43,735 nt of DNA from a virus (taxonomy: Duplodnaviria; Caudoviricetes), in the IMG/VR virus record IMGVR_UViG_3300017778_002624, positions 1 through 43,735 of that record. One strand, written 5' to 3'. Position numbers and translations under genes: made by a program. Positions 1 through 8,468 of this stretch are shown piece after piece (position 1 is the stretch's first letter; each line of letters begins with the position of its first letter). Under the pieces are notes generated by a model. It ran no database searches, was not told the origin of the DNA, and saw only the letters and a program-made list of their open reading frames with translations.

Positions 1-123
1 GCGGATGCGCGCCCAGAATATGTCGATGGGCCGGAACACCAAAATCCTACAGCACTTCCAGACGCGCGTTCCGGGCGCTGGCCGGATCGGCTCCTACAAC
101 TGGGGCGCGGACCCTCTCGGCAA
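1..123. repeat. Terminal direct repeat, copy 1 (circular assembly overlap)
   Basis: Bases 1-123 are identical to 43613-43735. Confidence 0.95.
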
Positions 124-523
124 TGGATCGGTGGCGTTCGTCAACGCCTTCAATCAGGCGACCTGCATCAGCGACGAGCTGGGCTTCGGCGGCGGCGGTC
201 TGTACGCGCCAAACACCACCGAGTTCGTGGCTGATAGCGGCTGGGTGGATGTCGACATCCCGCTGGAGCCGCTCTGGTCCTACTGGCTGATGATGGGCGG
301 TGGCACCAACAAGGACGGCCACGAAGGGGCGGCCTATACCTCGCCCCTTCGCTACATCGTCAGCAATCCGGCGGTCTGGGTCAGGAACTGGACCGGCAAC
401 GCCTATATGTGCGAGGCCAAGTTCAACACCGACCCCACCGTGGACCTTGCCGTGATCCCTGATGCCGAGAGCGTCAGGGGGCGGATGCTGGTCTCTGCCC
501 TGTCGTTCCTGCGGCAGGCGTAA
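1..523 (+). CDS. C-terminal part of a ~350-aa putative tail/receptor-binding protein that starts at 43083 and crosses the join
   Basis: ATG at 5 equals ATG at 43617, which is in frame (178 codons) with ATG 43083. Follows the tail fibre gene. Confidence 0.75.
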   Translation, partial: RMRAQNMSMGRNTKILQHFQTRVPGAGRIGSYNWGADPLGNGSVAFVNAFNQATCISDELGFGGGGLYAPNTTEFVADSGWVDVDIPLEPLWSYWLMMGGGTNKDGHEGAAYTSPLRYIVSNPAVWVRNWTGNAYMCEAKFNTDPTVDLAVIPDAESVRGRMLVSALSFLRQA

Positions 524-548
524 CCGCCGCAGGAACGGGCAGATTGGC

Positions 549-1442
549 CTAGCTCAGGTCGGCCAGCCGGTCCTTGAAGGCGGCCTCCAGCGCATCGTGC
601 TCGACCTTCTCGGTGCGCCAGAGCTTGCGCCGGTTCGTCTCGCAGCCATCCCAGAGCCGCTGGAGCTGTTCGGGCGTGGCCGCCTCGCGGGCGTCGGCCT
701 TCACGCTCTCGGCCCACGCGAGGATGTCGTCCTCGGTCGAGGCCTGCTCGTCGCCGGGGAAGGCGCTGGCATCGGTGGTGAACCCGCCTGACGGCTCGAA
801 GGCGGCGTCCTCGATGGGGGTGTCGACACTGTCGTCGTCTTCGCGGAACGGGTCCGGCGGCGGCGGGGTGACGTCGCGGATCGAGACGCTCTGGAGTTCC
901 TCGACCGCGTAGATGCCGAGCAGGACGTCCGGCATATGGCGTCGGGCCAGCGCGCGGATCGCGTAGTAGGATAGCTGCTGGTCGGGGTCGGTCTTCCAGA
1001 GCGGGCTGTTCTTCACCGTGATCTGGCCGACCTGCGGCGTGGTCACCGTGACGACCTGCCCAGACTTCAGCTTGGCCGAGACCATGACGCAGCGCGTCGC
1101 GCCTGCGCCTTGGTAGGTGTAGGTCGGCTTCTCGCTGAAGTGCCGCTGGACGATGGCGTTGATGTACTGGGCCATGAAGGCGATCTTGTCGCCGACCAGA
1201 TAGGTCTGGCTGGCCGTGGCCACCGGGTCGGTGCCGTGGAGGGCGGCCATGTAGGCGACGGCGAGGCAGACGTCAGGCTTGCCGCGAAGGTCTTTCGGGA
1301 CCAGAGCACCGGCGCTGGCCAGCATGGTGGCCACCTCCTGAAGCGCCGCCATCGGTGCGGGCAGGAGCTGGCGGTCGGTGGGGATCAGGTCTCGAGCGGC
1401 GGGGAGTGAGCGGATTTCGTCCGCAAGGGCGATGTCAGTCAT
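549..1442 (-). CDS. recT: RecT/Redbeta-family ssDNA annealing protein (297 aa)
   Basis: Motif NSPLWKTDPDQQLSYYAIRALARRHMPDVLLGIYAVEE and acidic C-tail; downstream of the exonuclease; start reset to ATG 1442 with GGAGA RBS. Confidence 0.8.
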   Translation of the reverse strand: MTDIALADEIRSLPAARDLIPTDRQLLPAPMAALQEVATMLASAGALVPKDLRGKPDVCLAVAYMAALHGTDPVATASQTYLVGDKIAFMAQYINAIVQRHFSEKPTYTYQGAGATRCVMVSAKLKSGQVVTVTTPQVGQITVKNSPLWKTDPDQQLSYYAIRALARRHMPDVLLGIYAVEELQSVSIRDVTPPPPDPFREDDDSVDTPIEDAAFEPSGGFTTDASAFPGDEQASTEDDILAWAESVKADAREAATPEQLQRLWDGCETNRRKLWRTEKVEHDALEAAFKDRLADLS

Positions 1443-1456
1443 AGTCGTCTCCGGGG

Positions 1457-2587
1457 TTAAGATGATGCGGTCCAAGTCTGCTCGCCGCGCGCCATCATCC
1501 GGCGGGCGATGCCGGTCGCGTCGAGGGTGGTGTCGTCGGCCACGATCCTGCCGCGCAGGGCGAGCCAAGGGGTGTCCATGCCGAACCGCTCGCGGTAGGC
1601 GACGAAGGAGGCGAGGGCCTCCCTGCGCTGCCCCTCGGCGGCCATGTCGGCGAGGCTGGCGTTCCAGTCGATCCAGTCGATCTCCGGCATCCGCATGGTC
1701 TGGGCGGCGATCCAGCGCCACGACGGCTCGCGGCTGAACTTCACCTGCTTCAGCCAGTCCATGTCCACGTCGCCGAAGACCCGGCCCTGATCCCGCAGGT
1801 CTCGGGCTGCCTTCCACGCTGCGGTGTAGGCGACCTTCTGGAGGTCGTAGCCGTAGTTGGCGATCTGGCCGAGGAAGAACGACACCGGCGGCTTGTCCTC
1901 CGGGCAGCCGTAGGTCTTCAGGTCGATCATGCCGGGGCGGCGCAGGTAGTCGATGCGCGCCTTCAGGCGGACGGTCGCGTCGCCGACCTGCTCGGTCCAG
2001 AAGATCGACACCTCGGAGTAGCCGCCGGTGAAGTTCTCCTCGCGGATCGAGCGGCCATCCAGCGCAGGCTGGGGGGCGTTCATCAGGTAGTCGATCATGC
2101 GGAGCTGGGCCATCCATCGCTTCGACAGGATGCCCCGGCCACCGGCCTTGATCTGCTCGTCGACCTTCCAGTCGTCGCTGACCGGCAATCCCGCCCGCTT
2201 GGCGGCCATCACCAGCTCCGGGCGCTGTGCGCTGCCGATGGGCACATAGGCCCCCGGAGTGGCCAGCAGGGCGTCCCTGATGGCCTTGCGGGTGGTCAGG
2301 TACTCGGCGGGCATCTCCTCGTGCTCAAGGTAGCAGTCGTCGAACCGATGCGGCTCCAGCACCATGACGTGGGAGGCCCGGCCAAACTGCTTGACCAAGC
2401 TCTCCTCTTCGTCCTCATCGTCGGGGCGCAAGATGCCGAGACCGACCAGCACGGACTTCCCGGCGGCGCTGTTCGACCACCATCCCACGGGGTTGATGAG
2501 CAGGCGCTTCAGGTCGGTCGATCCGAGGGCGGGGTCGGCGTGGTAGGCCTCCTCGTCGAGGCCAAAGTAGATGCCGTCCTCAATCAC
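1457..2587 (-). CDS. RecE/exonuclease VIII-like PD-(D/E)xK nuclease (DUF3799-like)
   Basis: GIYFGL..EAYH..PALGST, FGRASH..VLEP, EVSIFW, LKARIDYL..DLKT, YDLQ..Y motifs; paired with RecT. Confidence 0.85.
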   Translation of the reverse strand: MIEDGIYFGLDEEAYHADPALGSTDLKRLLINPVGWWSNSAAGKSVLVGLGILRPDDEDEEESLVKQFGRASHVMVLEPHRFDDCYLEHEEMPAEYLTTRKAIRDALLATPGAYVPIGSAQRPELVMAAKRAGLPVSDDWKVDEQIKAGGRGILSKRWMAQLRMIDYLMNAPQPALDGRSIREENFTGGYSEVSIFWTEQVGDATVRLKARIDYLRRPGMIDLKTYGCPEDKPPVSFFLGQIANYGYDLQKVAYTAAWKAARDLRDQGRVFGDVDMDWLKQVKFSREPSWRWIAAQTMRMPEIDWIDWNASLADMAAEGQRREALASFVAYRERFGMDTPWLALRGRIVADDTTLDATGIARRMMARGEQTWTASS

Positions 2588-2889
2588 TTCGCCAGTCTCC
2601 AGATGATGGCCGTCTTGGCCGGGTCGCGGGACGGTCCCCGCTTGCCGCTGTCTTCGATCAGCCCCATCGCCTTCAGCTCTGAGGTGCGGGGCTGGATAGT
2701 TTCGTATGGCAGCCGGAGCCGCCGGGCGATCTGCACGGCGGTGCCGGGGCGTTCCGTCAGGGTCTCAAGCACCTTGCCCCTGACCCACGACACTTTCGGA
2801 CGCACCGCGTCGGCTGCCGCCTTCGAGGTGTCTGTGTCCGCGTGGCCGGGGGCCTCGGGGTAGGTGCCGAACAGATCGCTCTGGGTCAT
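2584..2889 (-). CDS. Winged-helix DNA-binding protein
   Basis: TAVQIARRL..YETIQPRTSELKAMGLIEDSG..R pattern; DTSKAAA N-terminal motif. Confidence 0.7.
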   Translation of the reverse strand: MTQSDLFGTYPEAPGHADTDTSKAAADAVRPKVSWVRGKVLETLTERPGTAVQIARRLRLPYETIQPRTSELKAMGLIEDSGKRGPSRDPAKTAIIWRLAK

Positions 2890-3143
2890 CGCGGCCTGAA
2901 CCCCTCACCAGCGTCGACCGCCTCGGCGTGGGCGGCATCCATCGCGTCGAGCCGGGCCTTCATGGCGTCGATCTCGGCCTCGCGCTCGGGGTTGTCGTAG
3001 TCCTCGCCCTGCTCGTGGGCGAAGCTGTGCTTGCGCTCCTCGCCACGGACGGCCTTGTCGTAGGCGGCCTTGAGGTGGGGGTAGGGCATCGTCGCGATCT
3101 CGACGGGGTTGCCCTTGCTGTCGGTGTAGTGGGTAGCGGTCAT
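2886..3143 (-). CDS. Hypothetical protein
   Basis: ORF with 4-nt overlap to the next gene; typical codon usage. Confidence 0.7.
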   Translation of the reverse strand: MTATHYTDSKGNPVEIATMPYPHLKAAYDKAVRGEERKHSFAHEQGEDYDNPEREAEIDAMKARLDAMDAAHAEAVDAGEGFRPR

Positions 3144-3145
3144 GG

Positions 3146-3526
3146 TCAGTTGTTTCCGGGGATGATGATGCCGCCAGCAGTCTTGCGATCTGCCCGGCGA
3201 CGACGGTCTGCGAGGCGCTGGAGGGCGTCCTTCGCGTGGTTGATGTCGATGAACGACATGGGCTGGGCGTGCAGCTCCTCGAAGGCGACGAGCACGCCGA
3301 GCCGGGCAGCCTGCGGCGACATCAACCCAGCGAGGGTCTTGCCCACGATGTTGCCGATGTTACCTGCCGCGTCGGCGGGGGAGAGATCGGCATCCTCCAT
3401 GAGGGCCGACTGGCAGAGCTGAACGATGGAGGCCTGAAGGTTCAGGATGCAGACCTCGCGGTCGGTCAGCTCGCGCTCGACCGGCGCTGGCTGTGGCAGG
3501 CCGGGGAGCGGGGTGGTCTCGGTCAT
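3146..3526 (-). CDS. Hypothetical protein
   Basis: ORF coupled to neighbours. Confidence 0.7.
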   Translation of the reverse strand: MTETTPLPGLPQPAPVERELTDREVCILNLQASIVQLCQSALMEDADLSPADAAGNIGNIVGKTLAGLMSPQAARLGVLVAFEELHAQPMSFIDINHAKDALQRLADRRRRADRKTAGGIIIPGNN

Positions 3527-3771
3527 GTCGTCGCCTTCGGTTTGATGTCGATGCTGCGGAGCCAGCGGCTTATCTGCTGGCGGGTGAAGTTGCGGACCTC
3601 ATCGCAGTCCGTCCGTGGAGAACCGGAGACGGGCTGCTTGTGGAAGCGGCCCCTCCCCTCGATGACTATGCAGGGGTGCTTCCCGCCTTGGCGCATCGAC
3701 GCCGTCAGCCCGTAGGGGGAGACGAGGTCGATGGCCACGGCCAGCGCGATGCGCTCGTGCTTCTGGGTCAT
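3523..3771 (-). CDS. Small basic protein, possibly HicA-like fold
   Basis: RQGGKHPCIVI...VSGSPRTD resembles the HicA-like GxH and SPSD pattern. Confidence 0.5.
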   Translation of the reverse strand: MTQKHERIALAVAIDLVSPYGLTASMRQGGKHPCIVIEGRGRFHKQPVSGSPRTDCDEVRNFTRQQISRWLRSIDIKPKATT

Positions 3772-3775
3772 GCTG

Positions 3776-3871
3776 TCACCCTCTGCGGGGCGGCTCGGCG
3801 TCGAGGGCGCAGAGCAGGATGAAAACGACGAGGCCGACGATGGTCCCGATGACGTAGCTGGACGCGATCAC
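3776..3871 (-). CDS. 31-aa single-pass membrane peptide (not in ORF track)
   Basis: GTG overlaps the upstream TGA; MIASSYVIGTIVGLVVFILLCALDAEPPRRG; fills the gap almost exactly. Confidence 0.6.
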   Translation of the reverse strand: MIASSYVIGTIVGLVVFILLCALDAEPPRRG

Positions 3872-4644
3872 CGGACCCGAGCCTTGCTGTCGGCGAAGAA
3901 CCGGACGCCGGGCAGGGACAGCTCGCGCCCGCCCAGCTTCTGGGCCTTCATGTAGGCCCGGATCGCCTTCTCGATGTCCGGCAGGGGGAAGTAGTCGCCG
4001 AGGCCGCCCAGCGAGGCCCGGAGGGGCTGCTGGTCGGTGATCTCGAAGGTCATCGACGTGGCCGAGGTGACGGTCCCGGCAGCGGTGTGGGTGCGGACCA
4101 GATCGGCGGCGCTCGATCCGGTGGCGACGGCGTCGAGACGGACGGCGGCGGCCTCGCTCTCGATGGCGCTGTCCATCACCGTGTTGCCGACATCCTGATG
4201 GCCTGCCTCCTCGATGGCGGCGGCGGCGGCGGCCCGGCGGGCAGCTTCCTGCCGCTCGATCTCGGCGGCAGCGGCAGCCTGCTGGCGGGCCGCCTCCTCG
4301 ACCCTCCTGTTGTGACGGGTGATCGTGGCGAGGGCTGCAGCCTTGGCGGCGTCCAGCTTGTCGAGACGCGGCTTGAACAGGCCCTGTACCTCCTTGGCGG
4401 CGGTGTCGAACCGGCGCTTCTCCAGATCGCGGCAGGCGTCGAGGTCTTTCGATGCGCCCATGATCCGGCGCACGCCAGCAGTCAGGGTCTCCAGATCGTT
4501 CGGCCCGTTGACCTCGCCGGGGAAGTCCTCGGCGGCGCGGAGGGCGTCGGTCGCGGCGACGAAGGCCGCCTTGTGCTTGTTGGCGATGAACTCAGGATCG
4601 ACGAGCGGCGCGTCGATGCTGTTGGGGAGGTAGGTGTCGGTCAT
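3868..4644 (-). CDS. Coiled-coil protein of the recombination module (258 aa)
   Basis: Start ATG 4644 with AAGGAG RBS; Ala-rich coil; C-terminal DIEKAIR...LPGVRFF like Gp157/Gam-neighbourhood proteins. Confidence 0.65.
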   Translation of the reverse strand: MTDTYLPNSIDAPLVDPEFIANKHKAAFVAATDALRAAEDFPGEVNGPNDLETLTAGVRRIMGASKDLDACRDLEKRRFDTAAKEVQGLFKPRLDKLDAAKAAALATITRHNRRVEEAARQQAAAAAEIERQEAARRAAAAAAIEEAGHQDVGNTVMDSAIESEAAAVRLDAVATGSSAADLVRTHTAAGTVTSATSMTFEITDQQPLRASLGGLGDYFPLPDIEKAIRAYMKAQKLGGRELSLPGVRFFADSKARVR

Positions 4645-4820
4645 GTCAGCTCCTTGATGGCCTGCTCGCAGGCCTCTCTGGTGGGGTATTGGGTTTCGGG
4701 CAGGCCGTCGAAGTCGTGGAAGCAGTCCCAGCCTTCGTCGCCGCAACGCTCCCAGTTCTCATTGGCCATGCAGTAGACGGTACCGGCCTCGGTGCCGACG
4801 GCGAGGGCGACGACGGCCAT
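4641..4820 (-). CDS. Hypothetical acidic Cys-containing protein (59 aa)
   Basis: TGATG and ATGA overlaps with both neighbours. Confidence 0.6.
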   Translation of the reverse strand: MAVVALAVGTEAGTVYCMANENWERCGDEGWDCFHDFDGLPETQYPTREACEQAIKELT

Positions 4821-5098
4821 CAGGCCGCTCCCACGATTGGAAAATCGCCGGTGACCGAGGGGTCGGCCTGCATCATGGCGCAGTAGGCCTTCGCGGCCTC
4901 GTCCCTCATGCGGATGTTGGCGTTCAGCGTGCCCTCGATCTGGAAGCAGACCTGACGGCGGCCCTTGACCATGACGTAGCCCTCGGGGGCACCGAGGTCG
5001 CCGCGAGCGATGCGCGCCTCGCAGGCGGCGATGTTGGCGACCGCCTTGTTGTAGCGGTTGAGAAGACCCTCGCGGGTGCTGGTGCTGTAGTCGGTCAT
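4820..5098 (-). CDS. Hypothetical protein, first gene of the leftward operon (92 aa)
   Basis: ATG 5098 preceded by GGGAGAGA RBS and a leader hairpin. Confidence 0.7.
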   Translation of the reverse strand: MTDYSTSTREGLLNRYNKAVANIAACEARIARGDLGAPEGYVMVKGRRQVCFQIEGTLNANIRMRDEAAKAYCAMMQADPSVTGDFPIVGAA

Positions 5099-5110
5099 CT
5101 GTCTCTCCCT

Positions 5111-5128
5111 GCCGGGTCCGACCCCGGC
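5111..5128 (-). promoter_or_regulatory. Leader hairpin GCCGGG-GUCGGA-CCCGGC
   Basis: Perfect 6-bp stem directly before the RBS; same loop as 7658-7673. Confidence 0.6.
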
Positions 5129-5134
5129 GATGTC

Positions 5135-5210
5135 GCTGTGTCTCATGGGGCGAATGGGGTGTCAACAATAAATGTTGCACAGTGCGAGCAGGGCGTGCCA
5201 TACAGCGTCC
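5135..5210. promoter_or_regulatory. Divergent promoters with a central inverted repeat (candidate operator)
   Basis: TTGACA on minus strand (5160-5165); TTGCAC on plus strand (5175-5180) followed by GCCATACA; CAACA-ATAAA-TGTTG at 5163-5177. Confidence 0.65.
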
Positions 5211-5234
5211 ACCGGAAATCTCACTGGAGACGAC

Positions 5235-5519
5235 ATGACGCCCGAACAGTTCCGCGCCCACGGCGCTCGCCTATACGGCAAGGTGGGGTGGCGACGCCAG
5301 CTCTCCGAGGCGCTCGGCGTCCACCGGCAGACCGTCTACCGATACGCCGATGGCAGCTACCCGGTCCCGCTGCGGGTCCAGCTCGCCATGCAGACGTTGC
5401 AAGACCGGCAGGTTCGTGAGATAGCGGGGGCCTCCAGTGCCGCCGCTCTCGATCCGACATCGGGTGGCGACACGGGGGGCGAGAGGTCTCCCCCCCTCGC
5501 CCCCCACGGGAGGGGCTGA
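5235..5519 (+). CDS. Cro-like HTH regulator
   Basis: MTPEQF..GWRRQLSEALGVHRQTVYRY helix-turn-helix; GGAGA RBS; first rightward gene. Confidence 0.75.
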   Translation: MTPEQFRAHGARLYGKVGWRRQLSEALGVHRQTVYRYADGSYPVPLRVQLAMQTLQDRQVREIAGASSAAALDPTSGGDTGGERSPPLAPHGRG

Positions 5520-6013
5520 TGCCGCCCTCCCACATCCCCATCATCCAGCCCGCCAAGGACATCCCGCGCGACGCGCAGGGTCGCCCGATCACGCCCAAGG
5601 CCTCGCCGAGGCGCAGGAACAAGTCGCCCGAGGCTGACTTCCAGAAACAGGTGACAGCCTACCTGCGGCTGGCTCTGCCCCCACAGGCGGGCATCTTCTG
5701 GTCGGCCACCCTGAATGGGCAGCGCATCCCGACCGAGGCCGGTCGGCGCAGGGCCAAGGAGCAGGGCCTGAACCCCGGCGTGTTCGACTTCGTGTTCATC
5801 GTATTGGAGGTCGATCACGTCAGGTTCCGGCCCCTGAAGCCCGGCGACACCTACTGGCTGGAGCTGAAGGCCAAGGACGGTCGCCTCACCAAGGAGCAGA
5901 AGGTGCTCATGGACACGCTCTGGGACCGTGATCGAGGAGCGACCGCCAAGACGCTCGATCAGGTCGCCGCCGCGCTCGATGCGTGGGGCTTCCCGATCCG
6001 GGCGCGACCCTAG
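5519..6013 (+). CDS. VRR-NUC-type nuclease / junction resolvase
   Basis: EADFQ, GLNPGVFD, WLELKAKDGRLTKEQ motifs. Confidence 0.8.
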   Translation: MPPSHIPIIQPAKDIPRDAQGRPITPKASPRRRNKSPEADFQKQVTAYLRLALPPQAGIFWSATLNGQRIPTEAGRRRAKEQGLNPGVFDFVFIVLEVDHVRFRPLKPGDTYWLELKAKDGRLTKEQKVLMDTLWDRDRGATAKTLDQVAAALDAWGFPIRARP

Positions 6014-6040
6014 CAGCACACATTCTCAGGGAGATGAGAG

Positions 6041-6445
6041 ATGGCGAAAGTAGACAAGCACCGAGCGCGCTGGGACAGGGGTGACGTCGACCGGCTGGCC
6101 GACATGGCCAACTTCGGCATGGCCCCCAACGAGATCGGCCACGTCCTCGGGCGCACCGGCCCAGCGATCAGGGCCAAGGCTGCGGAGCAGGACATCAGGC
6201 TCGACCAGAGGCCCCTCACCACCGTCCGAGCCTTCGGGCGCAAGGGCGGCGTCTTCGTGCGGGACTTCCACGGCGGCAGCATCGGCGTCCGCTGGGGCCG
6301 GGCACACCGATCTGGCGCGGCGTTCAGCGCCGAGGCCTGCGAGCGGCTGCTCGACGCAGGGATGATCGTCCCGGCTGAAGGCGCAGGCCAGAACGGCCAC
6401 GTCTGGTGGAAGCGCAGCAAGGCCCGGAAGGCGAAAATCGGGTGA
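6041..6445 (+). CDS. HTH-containing protein
   Basis: W..GDVDRL..M....EIGHVLGRT..AIR.KA (GcrA/Myb-like N-terminus); GGGAGA RBS. Confidence 0.6.
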   Translation: MAKVDKHRARWDRGDVDRLADMANFGMAPNEIGHVLGRTGPAIRAKAAEQDIRLDQRPLTTVRAFGRKGGVFVRDFHGGSIGVRWGRAHRSGAAFSAEACERLLDAGMIVPAEGAGQNGHVWWKRSKARKAKIG

Positions 6446-7293
6446 GTGCCAAGCCCTTCTTCAAGCTGTTCTTCAGCGATCTGGCTGGCGACACCCTGCA
6501 CCTCTCGGACGCCGAGTTCGGCAGCTATATGCTGCTGCTCGGTGCCATGTGGAACGCCGGTGGTCGCCTGCCGGACGATCCTGCCCGGCTGGCCCGGATC
6601 GCTCGGTGCTCGGCCAAGGTCTGGGGCCGCCGGTGGTCCGTCATGTCCGGCTACTTCGACCACGCTGATGGGCACATCAGCTCGGCCCGCATGACGCGAG
6701 AGATCAAAAAGGTCGAGCACTTAACGGCAGAACGATCTGCCGCTGGGAGGGCGGGCAACGAGGCTAGGTGGTTGAAATCTAACGACACGGCCATCGCAAA
6801 TGGGATCGCAAAACCATCGCAGCCAGAACCAGAGCCAGATATAGAAGCTGGGCTGCTACGCGCGGGCGACGACTGGCCTGCCGGTCGAGCCTTCGATCAC
6901 GCCCTGATCTTGACCCAACTGGCCCAGACGCCGAACCTCGACATCAACCGCTCGCCGGGCCTCGGCCAGAGCATCGGTCGACTGGCGCGCTGGCGTCAGG
7001 ACGGCAACGCGAGCTGGGAGCACGACGTCGTCCCGGTGGTGACCGCGCTGGCCCAGAAGTCCAGCCGCGCCATCGGGACGTGGGCCTATTTCGACGCCGC
7101 CATCGGCGAAAGCATTGCGGCGAACCGCCGCGCATTGACCATACCGGAGCACGACCATGTCCAACGCCCTGATCCCCGCCGCCCAGTCTCCGGGCACGAC
7201 AGCAGAAAACGAGGCGCTCTGGAGGCGCTTGACGCCATCGAAGGGCGAGACGGTCTCCTCCCTGATCCGCACGGGCAGGGTGACGGTCGCTGA
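6442..7293 (+). CDS. DUF1376/YdaU-like replication initiator
   Basis: PFFKLFFSD..GDT.HLS..EFGSYMLLL..MW..G.LPDD...LARIA; RS.AG..G motif; GTG start at 6442. Confidence 0.8.
   Translation: MSAKPFFKLFFSDLAGDTLHLSDAEFGSYMLLLGAMWNAGGRLPDDPARLARIARCSAKVWGRRWSVMSGYFDHADGHISSARMTREIKKVEHLTAERSAAGRAGNEARWLKSNDTAIANGIAKPSQPEPEPDIEAGLLRAGDDWPAGRAFDHALILTQLAQTPNLDINRSPGLGQSIGRLARWRQDGNASWEHDVVPVVTALAQKSSRAIGTWAYFDAAIGESIAANRRALTIPEHDHVQRPDPRRPVSGHDSRKRGALEALDAIEGRDGLLPDPHGQGDGR
6770..6845. promoter_or_regulatory. Candidate replication origin (short iterons inside the initiator gene)
   Basis: Locally A-rich; ATCGCA x3 (6793-6821) and CCAGA x3 (6823-6839); lambda O-like placement. Confidence 0.45.
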
Positions 7294-7645
7294 CCTGCCA
7301 GTCCTGCGGCGGATGCTGGCCGAGACCAGCCAGCCCGCCACCGCCCGCGAGAGGCTGGCCCTGCTGGAGGCACTGTTCCAGCACTACCCCGCCCGGAACC
7401 TCGGCGCTGGCGAGAAGCAGTTCTGGTTGGACTGGAACGAGGACATGGGCGACCTCCCCGTCCCGGTGCTGGCTGCCGCCTGCGCGAAGTGGCGGCGCTC
7501 GGAGCAGCGGTTCGCTCCGTCGCCCGGCCAACTCCTGAAGCTGACCGATGCCGACTGGGTCTTCCGCATTAAGCTGCTCCAGCTCCACGTCAGTATGCTG
7601 GAGGCTGAGGACAAGGGTGTTGACAAGCAGAATGAGCAGGCCTAG
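7157..7645 (+). CDS. Putative helicase-loader/replication partner protein
   Basis: Overlaps the initiator 3' end; GGAG RBS; W.EDM.DLP..VL..AC..WRR...F.PSPGQL motif. Confidence 0.6.
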   Translation: MSNALIPAAQSPGTTAENEALWRRLTPSKGETVSSLIRTGRVTVADLPVLRRMLAETSQPATARERLALLEALFQHYPARNLGAGEKQFWLDWNEDMGDLPVPVLAAACAKWRRSEQRFAPSPGQLLKLTDADWVFRIKLLQLHVSMLEAEDKGVDKQNEQA

Positions 7646-7673
7646 AGGTGACGAATAGCCCGGTCGGACGGGC
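7620..7673 (+). promoter_or_regulatory. Sigma70-type promoter plus leader hairpin GCCCG-GUCGGA-CGGGC
   Basis: TTGACA (7620-7625), 17-nt spacer, TAGAGG (7643-7648), hairpin 7658-7673, then GAGGAGA RBS. Confidence 0.65.
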
Positions 7674-7687
7674 GAGGAGAGAACCAA

Positions 7688-8032
7688 ATGCCTACCGCCA
7701 CCATCAACATCGGCCTCGCCATCGGCGACCGCCTCGACGCCATCACCGAGGAGCGCGCTCTCGAGGCGCTCCTCGCCCACACCGGCGACCGCCCCATCAC
7801 CTACGCCGTCGTCCAGAGCACCACCGAGCGGACGCTGGTGGCGGTGCTGGAGGAGGCGGCCACCGTCGGCGCTCTCTGGGCGCTGTGCGAGGAGTTGGAG
7901 CAGGACTGCATCGCCCAGCAGGTCGAGGGCCAGCCGGGCCAGCTCGTCGGCCCTCGCGATCACGAGTGGGGTCCGTTCGACCCGACCCAGTTCATTAGCT
8001 GGGACGAAGTCGTGGCGCGAGGCGCTGCCTGA
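7688..8032 (+). CDS. Hypothetical acidic protein
   Basis: Strong RBS; LEQDCIA..G.LVGP...WGPFDP motif. Confidence 0.75.
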   Translation: MPTATINIGLAIGDRLDAITEERALEALLAHTGDRPITYAVVQSTTERTLVAVLEEAATVGALWALCEELEQDCIAQQVEGQPGQLVGPRDHEWGPFDPTQFISWDEVVARGAA

Positions 8033-8382
8033 TGAGCAAGCCCTTCACCACCCTCGACGACCAGATCGTCGACCGCTTCGGCACCGTCTGGACAATCGCG
8101 CAGGCCGAGGCCCGGCTGCACCTGATCGCCGACCTGCTGGCCGACCCCTCCGAGACCGAGGGCTGCGCCAAGATCGGGCTGACGCGCTTCGCCGCGCTGG
8201 CCGCCGCGATCCGCACCGCGAAGGCCTTCGCCTCCACCGTGACCCAGCCGCCCTATGAGCAGGGAGCTGCCGCCCACAGGGGCGGCCAGCCCCAGACCGA
8301 CAACCCCCACCCGGCAGGGTCGGTTCAGGCGCTCTCGTGGTTCAACGGCTGGCGCAGGGCAGAGTGGGAGGACGCCCGGTGA
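8032..8382 (+). CDS. Hypothetical protein with an Rmf/CrpP-like C-terminal motif
   Basis: PYEQGAAA..G.....NPH......W.NGW. Confidence 0.6.
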   Translation: MSKPFTTLDDQIVDRFGTVWTIAQAEARLHLIADLLADPSETEGCAKIGLTRFAALAAAIRTAKAFASTVTQPPYEQGAAAHRGGQPQTDNPHPAGSVQALSWFNGWRRAEWEDAR

Positions 8383-8468
8383 GACGCCTCCCCTTCGCCC
8401 TCGTCACCACGATCCAGTTCGCCGTCATCGCTGGCTGGATCGCCGCCTTCTGGTGGGTGCTGGCATGA
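8379..8468 (+). CDS. 29-aa hydrophobic peptide (not in ORF track)
   Basis: GTGA and ATGA overlaps on both sides; GGAGG RBS; MRRLPFALVTTIQFAVIAGWIAAFWWVLA. Confidence 0.65.
   Translation: MRRLPFALVTTIQFAVIAGWIAAFWWVLA

Noticed and set aside
1443-2117. N-terminal extension of the 522-aa ORF 549-2117
   Set aside because: Arg/Pro-rich out-of-frame overlap with the exonuclease; the real start is ATG 1442 with an RBS
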